A program made the translations under genes and the position numbers. A stretch of 64,000 nucleotides of DNA from Candidatus Poribacteria bacterium (GTDB lineage: Bacteria > Poribacteria > WGA-4E > WGA-3G): the NCBI GenBank assembly GCA_965198235.1, contig OZ240248.1, positions 1,888,001 to 1,952,000 on the forward strand, given 5' to 3'. Below are positions 9,597-19,800 of the stretch, in pieces. The notes under the pieces were generated by a model, which was given only the letters and a program-made list of their open reading frames with translations, was not told the DNA's origin and made no database searches. Every line of letters starts with the position of its first letter. Positions within the stretch are counted from its first letter, which is position 1.

Positions 9597-10430
9597 TCAG
9601 GGAAGCGCAATGTTCCACTCGTCTTGGCAAATAACTTCAAGTTGATCGTGCGGTTTGAAGTAATCGGTTGGATGGTGGTTTTCACCCATGTCGCCGAATA
9701 ATCTCCGGCGGCGAGGGGTCATCCGGGCGAGAACGTCCGCGGGAAGCTTGTCGTAATCATAAGGACGGGACCACATCTGCCCATAACGGAAGGTCACGCT
9801 TTTGCGGATGCGTTCGGTTCGATTCGGACCGACACCGTGCCACATCGCCCACGGAAAGATGACCGCGTCACCAGCTTCCGCAAGGACCTGAATCGCGCCT
9901 TCGGGATACGTGCCTTTTGTAAATCCGTTCTCAGGAAAAGAGACCTTGTGACTGCCCGGTACACACATAAAGTTCCCTTGATTAGGTTCGGTCAGATCCG
10001 TTAAGAAAAATTGGATTTTGAATTGCAGCGGCAAACTATCTGGATGCGGATGAATACGTTGAAGTGAGGGACCAGCATCCGTATGAAACGCCATCAGAGC
10101 CTCTGCATCCGGGTGTCGGACATAGATTTGCGTTCCCATGATTTGGAGATACGGACCCATCATTGAAAGGATAGTTCCGAAGATGCGTGGATGATCGGTG
10201 AGTGGATCAAGGGCATCTGTTTGTTCAATGGCGCGGATAATCGTATAGGCTCCCTTTCCAAACCGTGTGCCTTGTAGACTCGGTGTCTCTTGGACATACG
10301 TTTCAATCACCGAATCCACAGACATCAAAAGTGTCTCAATCTCAGCTGGGGATAGTACGTTTTTGATGAGCAGAAACCCCTCTGTTTGCCACTCTTTTTG
10401 TTGGACCTCTGTCAAGTATGGAGATACCAT
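9597..10430 (-). CDS. Phytanoyl-CoA dioxygenase (PhyH) family Fe(II)/2OG oxygenase
   Basis: GFLLIKNVLS, FHTD, VPGSH, AGDAVIF...WHG; start placed at ATG 10430 after AAGGAG. Confidence 0.87.
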   Translation of the reverse strand: MVSPYLTEVQQKEWQTEGFLLIKNVLSPAEIETLLMSVDSVIETYVQETPSLQGTRFGKGAYTIIRAIEQTDALDPLTDHPRIFGTILSMMGPYLQIMGTQIYVRHPDAEALMAFHTDAGPSLQRIHPHPDSLPLQFKIQFFLTDLTEPNQGNFMCVPGSHKVSFPENGFTKGTYPEGAIQVLAEAGDAVIFPWAMWHGVGPNRTERIRKSVTFRYGQMWSRPYDYDKLPADVLARMTPRRRRLFGDMGENHHPTDYFKPHDQLEVICQDEWNIALP

Positions 10431-10572
10431 GTTGTTGCTCCTTTTATGGGGAATACGAGTCAATTGTTGCGAATTGATAAATTTAAAAAGATTATAGACA
10501 ATTTGCAAGGCTGTGTCAACCCCGTTTTGCCAAGAAAGCTCAACGTTTTCGCTGAATTTACGTCTAATCTAT

Positions 10573-10728
10573 TAACCCAAGTTGCTGCTAATAAATTTTG
10601 GACGTTCCAATAGGGTTCTTCAGGCACTCCCCACCCCGTAGGGGTGCTATGTCTATAGGAAACGGCGTATTCCAGCAACCGCACCCCGTAGGGGTGCCAT
10701 GTCTATAAATAGGTGACAACTTACGTTA
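10573..10728. mobile_element. 156-bp MITE/REP doublet (ends TAACCCAAGTTG / CAACTTACGTTA) with two CACCCCGTAGGGGTG hairpins
   Basis: Full inverted copy at 59125-59281; partial copies at 11280-11385 and 16797-16887. Confidence 0.8.
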
Positions 10729-10762
10729 GACATAGCGAATTCTAAGGGGAACACAAGAACTT

Positions 10763-11242
10763 ATGGCGAACACCTATACTCAACTCTATGTACATATCGT
10801 GTTTTCTGTAAAAGGTAGACACGCACTTATTCCCGAATGTCACAAAGCAGAACTTCATAAATATATCACTGGCATCATCACTAATAAGAAACAGAAATTG
10901 ATTCAAATCAATTCGATGCCAGATCACATCCATATCTTGGTTAGTATGACTCCGGATACTGCCCTGTCTGGTTTGGTGAAAGATATTAAAGTAAATTCGA
11001 CGCGCTTTATCAATCAGAAACGCTGGACTGCGGGGCAATTTGCGTGGCAAGAGGGGTTTGGTGCGTTCAGTTATTCCTATTCTCAGATACCTGAGGTCGC
11101 TGCATATATTGAAAATCAGGAGACACATCATTCACGACGGTCATTTCGTGAGGAATATCTTGCGTTCTTGGAGCGTTTTGGGGTTGTGTATGATGTAAAG
11201 TACGTTTTTGATTCAGTTGCAGATCTCCCACCTGAAGAATGA
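10763..11242 (+). CDS. tnpA: IS200/IS605-family HUH (Y1) transposase TnpA, REP-associated (RAYT-like)
   Basis: HIVFSVK.R, DHIHIL (HUH), F.WQEGFGAFS, YI.NQ..HH; bracketed by inverted pairs of palindromes; no tnpB. Confidence 0.9.
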   Translation: MANTYTQLYVHIVFSVKGRHALIPECHKAELHKYITGIITNKKQKLIQINSMPDHIHILVSMTPDTALSGLVKDIKVNSTRFINQKRWTAGQFAWQEGFGAFSYSYSQIPEVAAYIENQETHHSRRSFREEYLAFLERFGVVYDVKYVFDSVADLPPEE

Positions 11243-11279
11243 TTTATGGGCACAGCGTGGGTAAGCCACCTTTTTATTC

Positions 11280-11385
11280 ACATAGCACCCCTACGGGGTG
11301 CGGGCCCCTGAGAAACGGTTTTTCTATAGACATAGCACCCCTACGGGGTGGAGAAAGTACCTAAAGAACCTTATTGAAGTGCCCA
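11280..11385. repeat. Inverted REP doublet downstream of tnpA
   Basis: CACCCCTACGGGGTG at 11286-11300 and 11336-11350. Confidence 0.85.
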
Positions 11386-11399
11386 AAAATAGAAAAAAT

Positions 11400-14249
11400 A
11401 TGAACAATTTTACAAAAATCCTTACCACTATCCGTCGTCCCTTTCAACAAGAACTCCGAAAGGGGTGCCGCGACGATGTTGTCGTCAATGGATTGGGGAA
11501 CTATGTCCAGTTGTGGGTAAAGAATGGAGAGACCTTCACATTGGAGGCAGCTGAAAAAGAGGTACTCAACGATTTGTCAAACCTTTTTGAAAATTATGCC
11601 GACGCATCGTCCACCGAACGCCAACGCATACTTGGGGATGCGACAAAACGAATTGACACGGCACTCGGGCACGGACAACGAAACGTCTCGGATAGAGTCG
11701 GGACAGGTGTCGAACCGTCGCAAACACGCCAGCAGCCAAAGTCGCAACGTACAAATTCCAAAAAGAGTGCCCAAACGGATATGTTGTCTCTCTTTGCGGA
11801 AGTAGAAAGTAGCCCGAAAAGCGCGCCTCCAGCGCAGGAACAGGCAGTGGAACGTCCAGCTTCTACGGTGCCAACGGAGCATTTATCCCTTCTCCAAGAC
11901 ACAGACACTTCGTCACAGCGAAATAGCCATCAGTCATCGGTTTCCATCGGAAACCATCAGCAAGAAGTAGCCGTCAGCAGGCCCGCTGACCGCCGACTGC
12001 TGACGGCTGACCGCCAATCAGAATCTGTCCCAATCTCAGATACCCCTGTTTCAACAGACATCGATTTGCTTGACTTTCTATCCCAACCGCTTCAGTATCT
12101 CAAAGGGATTGGTCCGCGTCGCGCCGAAATGCTTTCGACAGAACTCAATATCCAAACGGTTGGCGAATTACTGGCATATTACCCGCGCGATTACATTGAC
12201 CGCTCCAAAATGGTAGAGATTTATAGGGTGGGTAGAACAGAAGATGACGAACCGGAAACAATACAAGGCAAGGTCGTCAATCATACCTCGTCTCCGACAG
12301 CGAAAGGGAAACGCATCGGTAAGATCTCAATTTACGACGGGACTGGTATCGCATTGCTCGTTAATTTCGGCAGGCGTATCGGCATTATGAAAGCACTACT
12401 CCCCGTTGACACCGAGGTTGTCGTCAGCGGTAAATTCTCTCGCCGCTACAATGAAATCCAAGCCACGGACTATGAATTTGAACTGTTTGAAGAAGAAAAC
12501 TTAATCCACACAAATCGAATCGTTCCGAAATATCCGCTCACGGCGAAACTCACGGCGAAGATGCTGCGTGCTTGGATGCGGACCGCATTAGATGAACATG
12601 GACAGCAGATACCTGAGATCTTGCCACTCACACTTCGCCAACGGCAACGCTTGGTTGACAGACAATCCGCCATTAACGAGATCCATTTTCCGACATCGGA
12701 GGCACATCGGGAGGCGGCGCAAAAACGGCTCGCTTTTGAGGAGTTTTTTCTGCTCAGTGTCGGGATGGAGATGAAAAAGGAACGTCGTATCTCGGAGGAC
12801 GGTATCGCGTTTCGAGTTGGAATGGAAGGGAAACCTGAAACGTCTCCGTCCCTGTTACAGGATTTTCTTGCTTCGCTTCCTTATGAACTCACAGGGGCGC
12901 AAAAACGAGTTTTCGCTGAAATCCAAAACGATATGCAGCAGAAAACCGTCATGAATAGACTCATTCAAGGGGATGTCGGTTCGGGAAAGACGGTTGTTGC
13001 AGCGATGGCGTTGCTCTGTGCTATCGAAAACGGGTATCAAGGCGCGCTGATGGTTCCTACTGAAATCCTCGCCGAACAACACTATTATAATCTCTCAGAG
13101 ATGCTCAAGGATTTGCGCAGGGATGCTGAACAAGCCGGTAACGAGAACATAAACGTTGTGCTTCTTAAAAGTGACCTGCCAAAACCAGAACGCGAAGAGG
13201 CACTGGCGGCAATCGCCGATGGCACCGCAGACCTCATCGTTGGAACACAGGCGTTGATACAGGAAGGGGTCGATTTTCACAGACTCGGGCTCGTTATCAT
13301 CGACGAACAGCATCGGTTCGGTGTGATGCAACGCGCAACGCTCCGTAACAAGGCACAATCAGCAAATGGAACGCAAAAGCAAGATGCCGCAACCCCTCCA
13401 ACACCGGACGTACTCGTCATGACCGCGACCCCGATTCCAAGAACACTGGCATTGACGCTCTATGGGGATCTGAACGTCTCTGTTATCGATGAGATGCCCC
13501 CCGGTAGACAGACGATTAAGACCTATTGGATAAAAGAGAAAGAACGAGAGAAATTATACAGCACTGTTCGGAAGGAAATTCAACGCGGCAGACAGGCATA
13601 CATCGTCTACCCACTCGTTGAGGAGTCCGAAAAACTGGAAGAACTCAAAGCCGCCACAGAAATGGCATCGCATCTTCAAAGTGAGATATTCCCCGATCTG
13701 CGTCTCGGGCTTCTGCATGGGCAAATGAAATCCATTGAGAAACAGGAAGTGATGACGAACTTCAAGGATCGACACATAGATATCCTTGTCTCAACAACGG
13801 TGATTGAGGTAGGCATTGATGTTCCAAACGCGACGTTGATGATCATTGAGAATGCAGAACGGTTTGGGTTGTCGCAATTACATCAATTGCGTGGACGTGT
13901 CGGACGTGGTGAGCATCAATCGACGTGTTACCTTGTCGGTTCACCCAGGGGTGACGACTCTTTTCAGCGCATTCAAGCGATGATTCGGACAAACAACGGC
14001 TTTCGGATTGCAGAAACGGACTTGAACATCCGCGGTCCGGGGGAGTTCTTCGGTACACGCCAATCGGGCATCCCAAATTTCAAGATTGCGAATATCATCC
14101 ACGATGCTACACTTTTGGAAGCGGCGAAAAAAGAGGCGGAGTTGCTAATCAAAGCCGATCCAGTACTGAACGCACCTGCGCATCAATTGCTGAAGCGGAT
14201 GTTACAGAAACACTGGCGAGACAATTTGGAGATTGCATCCGTAGGTTAG
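11400..14249 (+). CDS. recG: ATP-dependent DNA helicase RecG with N-terminal extension
   Basis: LKGIGP, RLIQGDVGSGKT, IIDEQHRFGV, MTATPIPRTL, QLRGRVGRG, RGPGEFFGTRQSG. Confidence 0.96.
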   Translation: MNNFTKILTTIRRPFQQELRKGCRDDVVVNGLGNYVQLWVKNGETFTLEAAEKEVLNDLSNLFENYADASSTERQRILGDATKRIDTALGHGQRNVSDRVGTGVEPSQTRQQPKSQRTNSKKSAQTDMLSLFAEVESSPKSAPPAQEQAVERPASTVPTEHLSLLQDTDTSSQRNSHQSSVSIGNHQQEVAVSRPADRRLLTADRQSESVPISDTPVSTDIDLLDFLSQPLQYLKGIGPRRAEMLSTELNIQTVGELLAYYPRDYIDRSKMVEIYRVGRTEDDEPETIQGKVVNHTSSPTAKGKRIGKISIYDGTGIALLVNFGRRIGIMKALLPVDTEVVVSGKFSRRYNEIQATDYEFELFEEENLIHTNRIVPKYPLTAKLTAKMLRAWMRTALDEHGQQIPEILPLTLRQRQRLVDRQSAINEIHFPTSEAHREAAQKRLAFEEFFLLSVGMEMKKERRISEDGIAFRVGMEGKPETSPSLLQDFLASLPYELTGAQKRVFAEIQNDMQQKTVMNRLIQGDVGSGKTVVAAMALLCAIENGYQGALMVPTEILAEQHYYNLSEMLKDLRRDAEQAGNENINVVLLKSDLPKPEREEALAAIADGTADLIVGTQALIQEGVDFHRLGLVIIDEQHRFGVMQRATLRNKAQSANGTQKQDAATPPTPDVLVMTATPIPRTLALTLYGDLNVSVIDEMPPGRQTIKTYWIKEKEREKLYSTVRKEIQRGRQAYIVYPLVEESEKLEELKAATEMASHLQSEIFPDLRLGLLHGQMKSIEKQEVMTNFKDRHIDILVSTTVIEVGIDVPNATLMIIENAERFGLSQLHQLRGRVGRGEHQSTCYLVGSPRGDDSFQRIQAMIRTNNGFRIAETDLNIRGPGEFFGTRQSGIPNFKIANIIHDATLLEAAKKEAELLIKADPVLNAPAHQLLKRMLQKHWRDNLEIASVG

Positions 14250-14255
14250 TTATAT

Positions 14256-14378
14256 AGGACTTACGCATGATGCTCATTTGTAGCATAGGAAACTGTTAGC
14301 CTGTGTCAAAAGAGGGTGTGCGTTTTTTGGGCATCCCCCTATAGAAGAACGTGCTACGGCAAAAATTGCGTAAGTCCT
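14256..14378. mobile_element. MITE with 12-bp TIR AGGACTTACGCA / TGCGTAAGTCCT
   Basis: Perfect terminal inverted repeat; TTATA close to both ends (possible target duplication). Confidence 0.75.
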
Positions 14379-14400
14379 GTTATAGTTAAAGGAGAAATCA

Positions 14401-15096
14401 ATGCCACACGACATAACAGATATGACTCACGCACAGTTCAGTACTTGGCTTATGCCGATTGTAGAGTGTTCGCTTTTTGAATCCCGCGAACGACTGATGA
14501 CACTGCTTGCCGAGAACGCTGATCGAAATGCATTGGAAGCCGAGTTCCGTGAGTTTTATGAAGGCTATTGTGGTCTGGCATTTGAGTTAGAGGAACATGA
14601 GGAATCACTGCTTTCAATACTGCTGGCGTACGACACATTTGCATCGCTGCAGCAACGGGTTGCTGTCGTAGAAGCGGCGCGAAAGACATCTTCTTTAGGA
14701 CGGCAGGCGCGACGGATGAGCGACAAGCCTTTACTTACCGATCCCCAACCAGAAATAAAGGTGTCAGCGTTACCCGATGATGCATTCCGTGCACTGATGG
14801 AGACACTTGCGAATTGGGAACTTTTTGCAGCGCGTGAGCGAATTGTGAAACTACAGAAGGCAGTGCCATCGGTTGAAGGGACAGAGCCGTTGAAATTGGC
14901 ATTCTTTGAATTTTTTGTGTGCTACCTGAAGTTAGAGCAGTTTCTTGAAGATTACGACTATGATCCAGATGAGGGATTAGAATTGCGTCCGGAGGTGGCT
15001 GAGAGGTTAGAACAGAGTGTTGCAGCGTATGAATCGGGGGAAGTCAAACCGACTCCAATAGAAGAAGTCGCGAAAAAACTGGGACTAAAGTGGTAA
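14401..15096 (+). CDS. Putative antitoxin with a duplicated helical N-terminal domain
   Basis: TAATG overlap with a RelE-like gene; C-terminus DPDEGLELRPEV...IEEVAKKLGL.W resembles RelE-partner antitoxins; internal repeat LF..RER...L...F.EF...Y..L...LE. Confidence 0.6.
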   Translation: MPHDITDMTHAQFSTWLMPIVECSLFESRERLMTLLAENADRNALEAEFREFYEGYCGLAFELEEHEESLLSILLAYDTFASLQQRVAVVEAARKTSSLGRQARRMSDKPLLTDPQPEIKVSALPDDAFRALMETLANWELFAARERIVKLQKAVPSVEGTEPLKLAFFEFFVCYLKLEQFLEDYDYDPDEGLELRPEVAERLEQSVAAYESGEVKPTPIEEVAKKLGLKW

Positions 15097-15336
15097 TGTA
15101 CCGTTTGGAAATTATGCCAAAAGCGGAAGCAGGCTTTGCGCGTTTAGATGCCACGATTGAACAGCGAATTCTTGATAAGCTGAGATCACTCTGCGAAAAT
15201 TGCGACACACATCGCCACGAGGCTCTCCGAGGAGCACATAGAGGAAAGTTCTGCTTACCGAGTTATCTATACCTTCAATCGACAAACACGAGTGATTGTT
15301 GTTCACGAAATTGGACATCGGAGCAGCGTCTATTAG
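15096..15336 (+). pseudogene. RelE/ParE-family toxin, frameshifted by a small deletion
   Basis: MYRLEI...RILDKL...L.G..RGKF continues in another frame as YRVIYTF...VHEIGHRSSVY*; the usual LRVGD segment is missing at about 15250. Confidence 0.8.
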
Positions 15337-15391
15337 CATAGACGTGAAATATACACTTTATCCAGAACAATGACAGAACAAATGCAGCCAT

Positions 15392-16360
15392 CTACGTAAA
15401 CGTAGTTATCAGACGGTATAACTGTGGGACAGTCACCGAGAAATCGCCGGAGATGTGGTAGCCTTCACCTCCGTCTTTCACTGTACGGATGAGAATTGTT
15501 TTCTTGGGGCGATGGTAGTAGTGAGCATCGGTAGGTGCGCCCTCGTCTTGAAAATCGGGAAAATCGATTAAGTCAAAGTTTGCAGTCGTGAAGTGTCGAA
15601 TCTCCTCACCGCGCTGGGTTGCGATGTTGCGAGCCATTGAAAGGCTTTTGAGGTAGACTTCAGGTCCCATAACAGCGGAGCCTAAATTCAGAAAAACGCC
15701 GCCTTCTAACTGAGAGACACTGTGCGCAAAACGGAGAAAATCCTCACCTGTTGTCCATCCCATCGCGGCGTAATCGGCAGCAGGATGTTGGTCGATGATA
15801 TCGTATCCGATACCTTTGTGAACAGTAAACGGTACGTCTAACCGATACGCTGCGGCAAACATGCTCACATCGCGATGTGGAAAGGGGATGTCCATTTCGC
15901 TTTCTTGGATTAATCTTCCTACGGCTTCTCCAAAACCGATCTTGTCTCGGTAACCCCGAATAATCGCTTCGTTCAGGTAGCGTCCGGTTTCCTCCCAATT
16001 GCCAAACTTCCCGTCCCAAATGTAGTCCTCTACATCTTCGAGCGTTGCCCCGATGTGGGCAAGTTCAAAATCGTGGATAGCACACGCGCCATTCGTAGCG
16101 ACATGCGTGATGATGCCGCGTTCCATCAAGTCGATGATGAAACGGGAATTGCCGCGCCGCATGACGTGCGCGCCCATCATCCAGATCACCTGTTTCCCAC
16201 CATGATGTGCCTCAACAATACGATCTGCAACGGCAGAGAGGTGCGGGTTTTCATAGCGCGGTGTCTCCACGTCTAACGGGTAGACATCCGCTACCGCCAT
16301 CTTGTGCTGACGTTCAGGAAGCGGAAGAATTGTGAGTAGGTCTCGATTCAATTTGTCCAT
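15392..16360 (-). CDS. Conserved protein, possibly deoxyhypusine-synthase-like fold
   Basis: MMGAHV, ATNGA..IHDFE, VFLNLGSAVMGPEVYLK motifs; function not assignable. Confidence 0.55.
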   Translation of the reverse strand: MDKLNRDLLTILPLPERQHKMAVADVYPLDVETPRYENPHLSAVADRIVEAHHGGKQVIWMMGAHVMRRGNSRFIIDLMERGIITHVATNGACAIHDFELAHIGATLEDVEDYIWDGKFGNWEETGRYLNEAIIRGYRDKIGFGEAVGRLIQESEMDIPFPHRDVSMFAAAYRLDVPFTVHKGIGYDIIDQHPAADYAAMGWTTGEDFLRFAHSVSQLEGGVFLNLGSAVMGPEVYLKSLSMARNIATQRGEEIRHFTTANFDLIDFPDFQDEGAPTDAHYYHRPKKTILIRTVKDGGEGYHISGDFSVTVPQLYRLITTFT

Positions 16361-16449
16361 TTTTTTAACTATGTGCTTCTGATCATCGTTCCAAATGTAA
16401 AGCATTCTCGCTGCGAAGCAAAATTATGCCATTTAAGGAAACCTAATTT

Positions 16450-16591
16450 CGTTCCACGATGGTTTTTGGTGAATTCCGATGCGACTGAAGATATGTACGA
16501 TTCTTAAGAGGGTAGGAGAACCTAAGACTGATCCCTACTACCCATTGTAATCCAGAGACGGTTAGACTTAGCCGAAAACCACCGTGGAACG
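16450..16591. repeat. Element with imperfect 20-bp terminal inverted repeats
   Basis: CGTTCCACGATGGTTTTTGG ... CCGAAAACCACCGTGGAACG. Confidence 0.55.
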
Positions 16592-16610
16592 ATGCCCAGA
16601 TTTAATAGTT

Positions 16611-16795
16611 TATAGTAAAGCCCGAAAATATGTGCACATAGAGGATTTAGGGACCTCCCGCCTCGCTGGCGAGGTTTCCTTGGGGAAATCCGCAGAAATA
16701 CCCTATCAATACGCAGAAATACCCAAGCAAAAACACCCCTATCAAAAACACCTCGCCAACTCTAATGTGTATAGGTAATTATAGGCTTTACTATA
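16611..16795. mobile_element. MITE-like element TATAGTAAAGCC...GGCTTTACTATA, filled copy
   Basis: Homologous to 1932-2049 but with about 70 bp inserted in the REP hairpin. Confidence 0.8.
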
Positions 16796-16890
16796 ATAAC
16801 CCAAGTTGCTACTAAAAAGTTTAGGGCATTTCAAGAAGAGGTTTAGACAATTTCCCCACCCCGTAGGGGTGCTATGTCTGTAGAAAACTG

Positions 16891-19800
16891 CTACTCGGCA
16901 AACTTAGCAGAGACAATTTTCGAGATACCCGCCTGTTCCATCGTCACGCCATACATGGCATCAGCGATTTCCATCGTGCGACGGTTGTGCGTGATAATGA
17001 CGAACTGCGTGTTCTCGGCGTAGGCACGGATAAGATTGGTGAAGCGGAGGACATTTGCTTCGTCGAGTGTGGCATCAACTTCATCGAGCACACAGAAAGG
17101 ACTCGGCTTGATTTTGAAGACAGCGAACAGGAGTCCAATCGCCACCAACGAACGTTCTCCACCGGAAAGTTGCGTGATACTCTGTGGACGTTTGCCGGGG
17201 GGACGAGCGATAATATCAATGCCCGAATCAAGCACGTCGGACGTATCCGCCAATAGCAATTCGGTTTCGCCGCCACCGAAGAGTTGTGTGAAAACCTCTT
17301 GGAAGTTCGTCTGCACCTGTTCAAACGTCTTAAGAAACACGTCTTTCGATGTCTGGTTAATTTTCTCTATCGCCTGATAAGTGGCTTGCATTGACTGTTC
17401 GACATCAGTGCGCTGGGCAGTCAGGAAGTCGTGGCGTTTCTTATGTTCCTCGTAAGCCTCAATCGCTTTGAGATTCACTGCGCCCATTCCAGAAAGTTCT
17501 GCCTTCAACTTTTCAATGCCATCCAACAGGTCAATCTCGTCCATAGTTTGTTCGTTATCCATTAACGGCGGCAACGCATCGATCGAGACTTGGTATTTAT
17601 CGTGAATGCGGGTTGAAACCGATTTTATGCGCATCTCAAGTTGTGTTGTGGCGACTTCGAGTTTATGGCGCGCGCGGTTCTGTTTCTCAAAGTATCTACG
17701 GGTTGCGCGCATCTCCTTTTGGAGGACCTCTACTTCCTGAAGGAGCGTCTCACGTTCTTCAGTCAGTTCATCAACGCGTGATTCAGCTTCGGCGCGGTCC
17801 CCCTCTAAACGGAGGAACTCGCGTTGCGCTGCGGCTACCTGCTCCACGAGGTCACTTTTTCTCTGTTCATCTGTGTCAATAATTGCTTGTTGTTCAGCGA
17901 TATCCTTTGCTGTTCGCTGTTGTGTCTCCTTGAGCGTTTGGAGTTCGGACGCGAAACCCTCCAGTTTCTGGCGCTGTCCTGCCAAGAAGACTTCCATATC
18001 CTGACAACTGCTCACGACCTCAGCATGTTTCCGGTTTTCGCTCTCAATCTGCTCGGACATCCGTTCGATCCATCGCTGGGTACGGGTACTCTTTTGCGTC
18101 AACGTCTGAATTTCAGTTTCAAGTGCCTGTTGTTCTTCGCGCGATGCCGCTACTGCGCTATCCAATTCACGGTTTTCGACCTCAACTTTAGTGAGTTGTT
18201 GTTCGAGCCGGGTAACTTGAAGGTTTGCCTGCTCTAAGTCTTTCGTCAACGACGCTTTTTCAACCCGCTTATCCTGCCACTGTACGGTGAGCGTCTGCCG
18301 CGTTTTTTGTAAGTTCGCTATTGCTGCAGCGTACGCCTTGCGCTTCTGATTCTTCTGATTGGAGCTCTGTGTCAGCTTCCCGATCTCGTCCTCAAGCGTC
18401 TCAAGTTCACGCGAACGACTGAGGAGTCCGCTTTTTTTCTGGTCTGTTTGACCGCCAGTGATCGCACCAGATGTATTAATGACTTCACCGTCTAATGTGA
18501 CGAAGCGTGCACTTGGACGAAACCGACGGGCCAGTGCGATTGCCGAATCCAAATCTTCAATAACGAGCGTGTTGCCCAAGAGATGTCGCATTGCAATCTC
18601 GTATTTGAGGTCGTAATCGATGAGTTCCTCAGCGATTCCGATAACACCGGGCTGGTCCAGCAGTTCCTCATCATCAAATCTACGTCCACGTAAAATATCC
18701 AGTGGGAGGAACGTTACCCTACCTGCGCGATGCTGTTTGAGAAAAGCGATTCCCTTTTGGGCATCCTCAGCGGTTTCAGTAATGACATTCTGGATAGCAC
18801 TACCGAGAGCCACCTCTATTGCAACCTCATACTCGGTATCCGTTGTGAGGAGTTCGGCAACAACGCCGCACACGCCCTGAAACTGATCGGAATAGTGGGT
18901 TTTCGCCCGCATTATTGCCCGAACACCCGTATAGTATCCTTCATAAGCGGATTGCAATTCCTGTAGTGATTTAAGCCGTGAGACGTTGGTGCCCAAGGTA
19001 TTCTGTAGACCTTGGATTTCGGATTCAAGCTTACGGAGTGTGTCTTGATTCTCGTCGAGGTCTGTCTCTACCTCGTTTTTCTCGGCTTCGATTTGAACGA
19101 GTGCTGCTTTTAGTTGTGTTTCGGCATATTGGGCTTCATCGCGAGTATCAGTGGCGGTGCTGAGTTCAGCCGCTAATGCCGTCTTATTTTCTTTGAGACG
19201 GTTGAGATTCCCTTCGGTATTTGTCAACGTATGCTCGATCGCTAAGTGTTCGCGTTCGCGTTCTGTCAACTCCGTTGTGATCTCTTGCAAGGCAGTTTGT
19301 GTTTCCTGCACAGACTCTTTGGCTCTGCTGATCCGTCCAGCGAGTTCTGTTAAAAGTTGCTGACGCGCTGCCAATCGGCTCTCTTCTATCTTGCAGGATG
19401 CTTCAAGTTTTTGATACTCTTGGTTCCGTTCTCGATGCTGCGTGAGTAGGGCTGTTTGCTGTGCTTTTAGGGATTCAAGCGTTTGGAGTGCCCGCTCCCG
19501 TTGCCGTTGAATGTTGAGTTGACGTTCCTTGTGAAGGACTATCTGACGTTCAATTTGCTCAATTTGTGATTCAATCTCGCGAAGTGCGATCTGTCCTTCA
19601 CGTATAACTTCATCCAACTCAGATCGACGGTTTGTGGAGTTCTCGATGCGTTCTTCAGAAGCTTTAAGGGTTTCAGAAGCACCCGCGACAGTGGTTAAAA
19701 CCTCATCCAAGTCGGCTTGGGCTTGGTCATAATCTATCCGGAGTTTATCATATTCCTTGTGCGCGAGTTCTAACTCAAGCTGCTTCAACTGCGCTTGTTG

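Noticed and set aside
10763-11242. IS605 element with TnpB/omegaRNA
   Set aside because: No tnpB or iscB ORF adjacent; recG follows directly.
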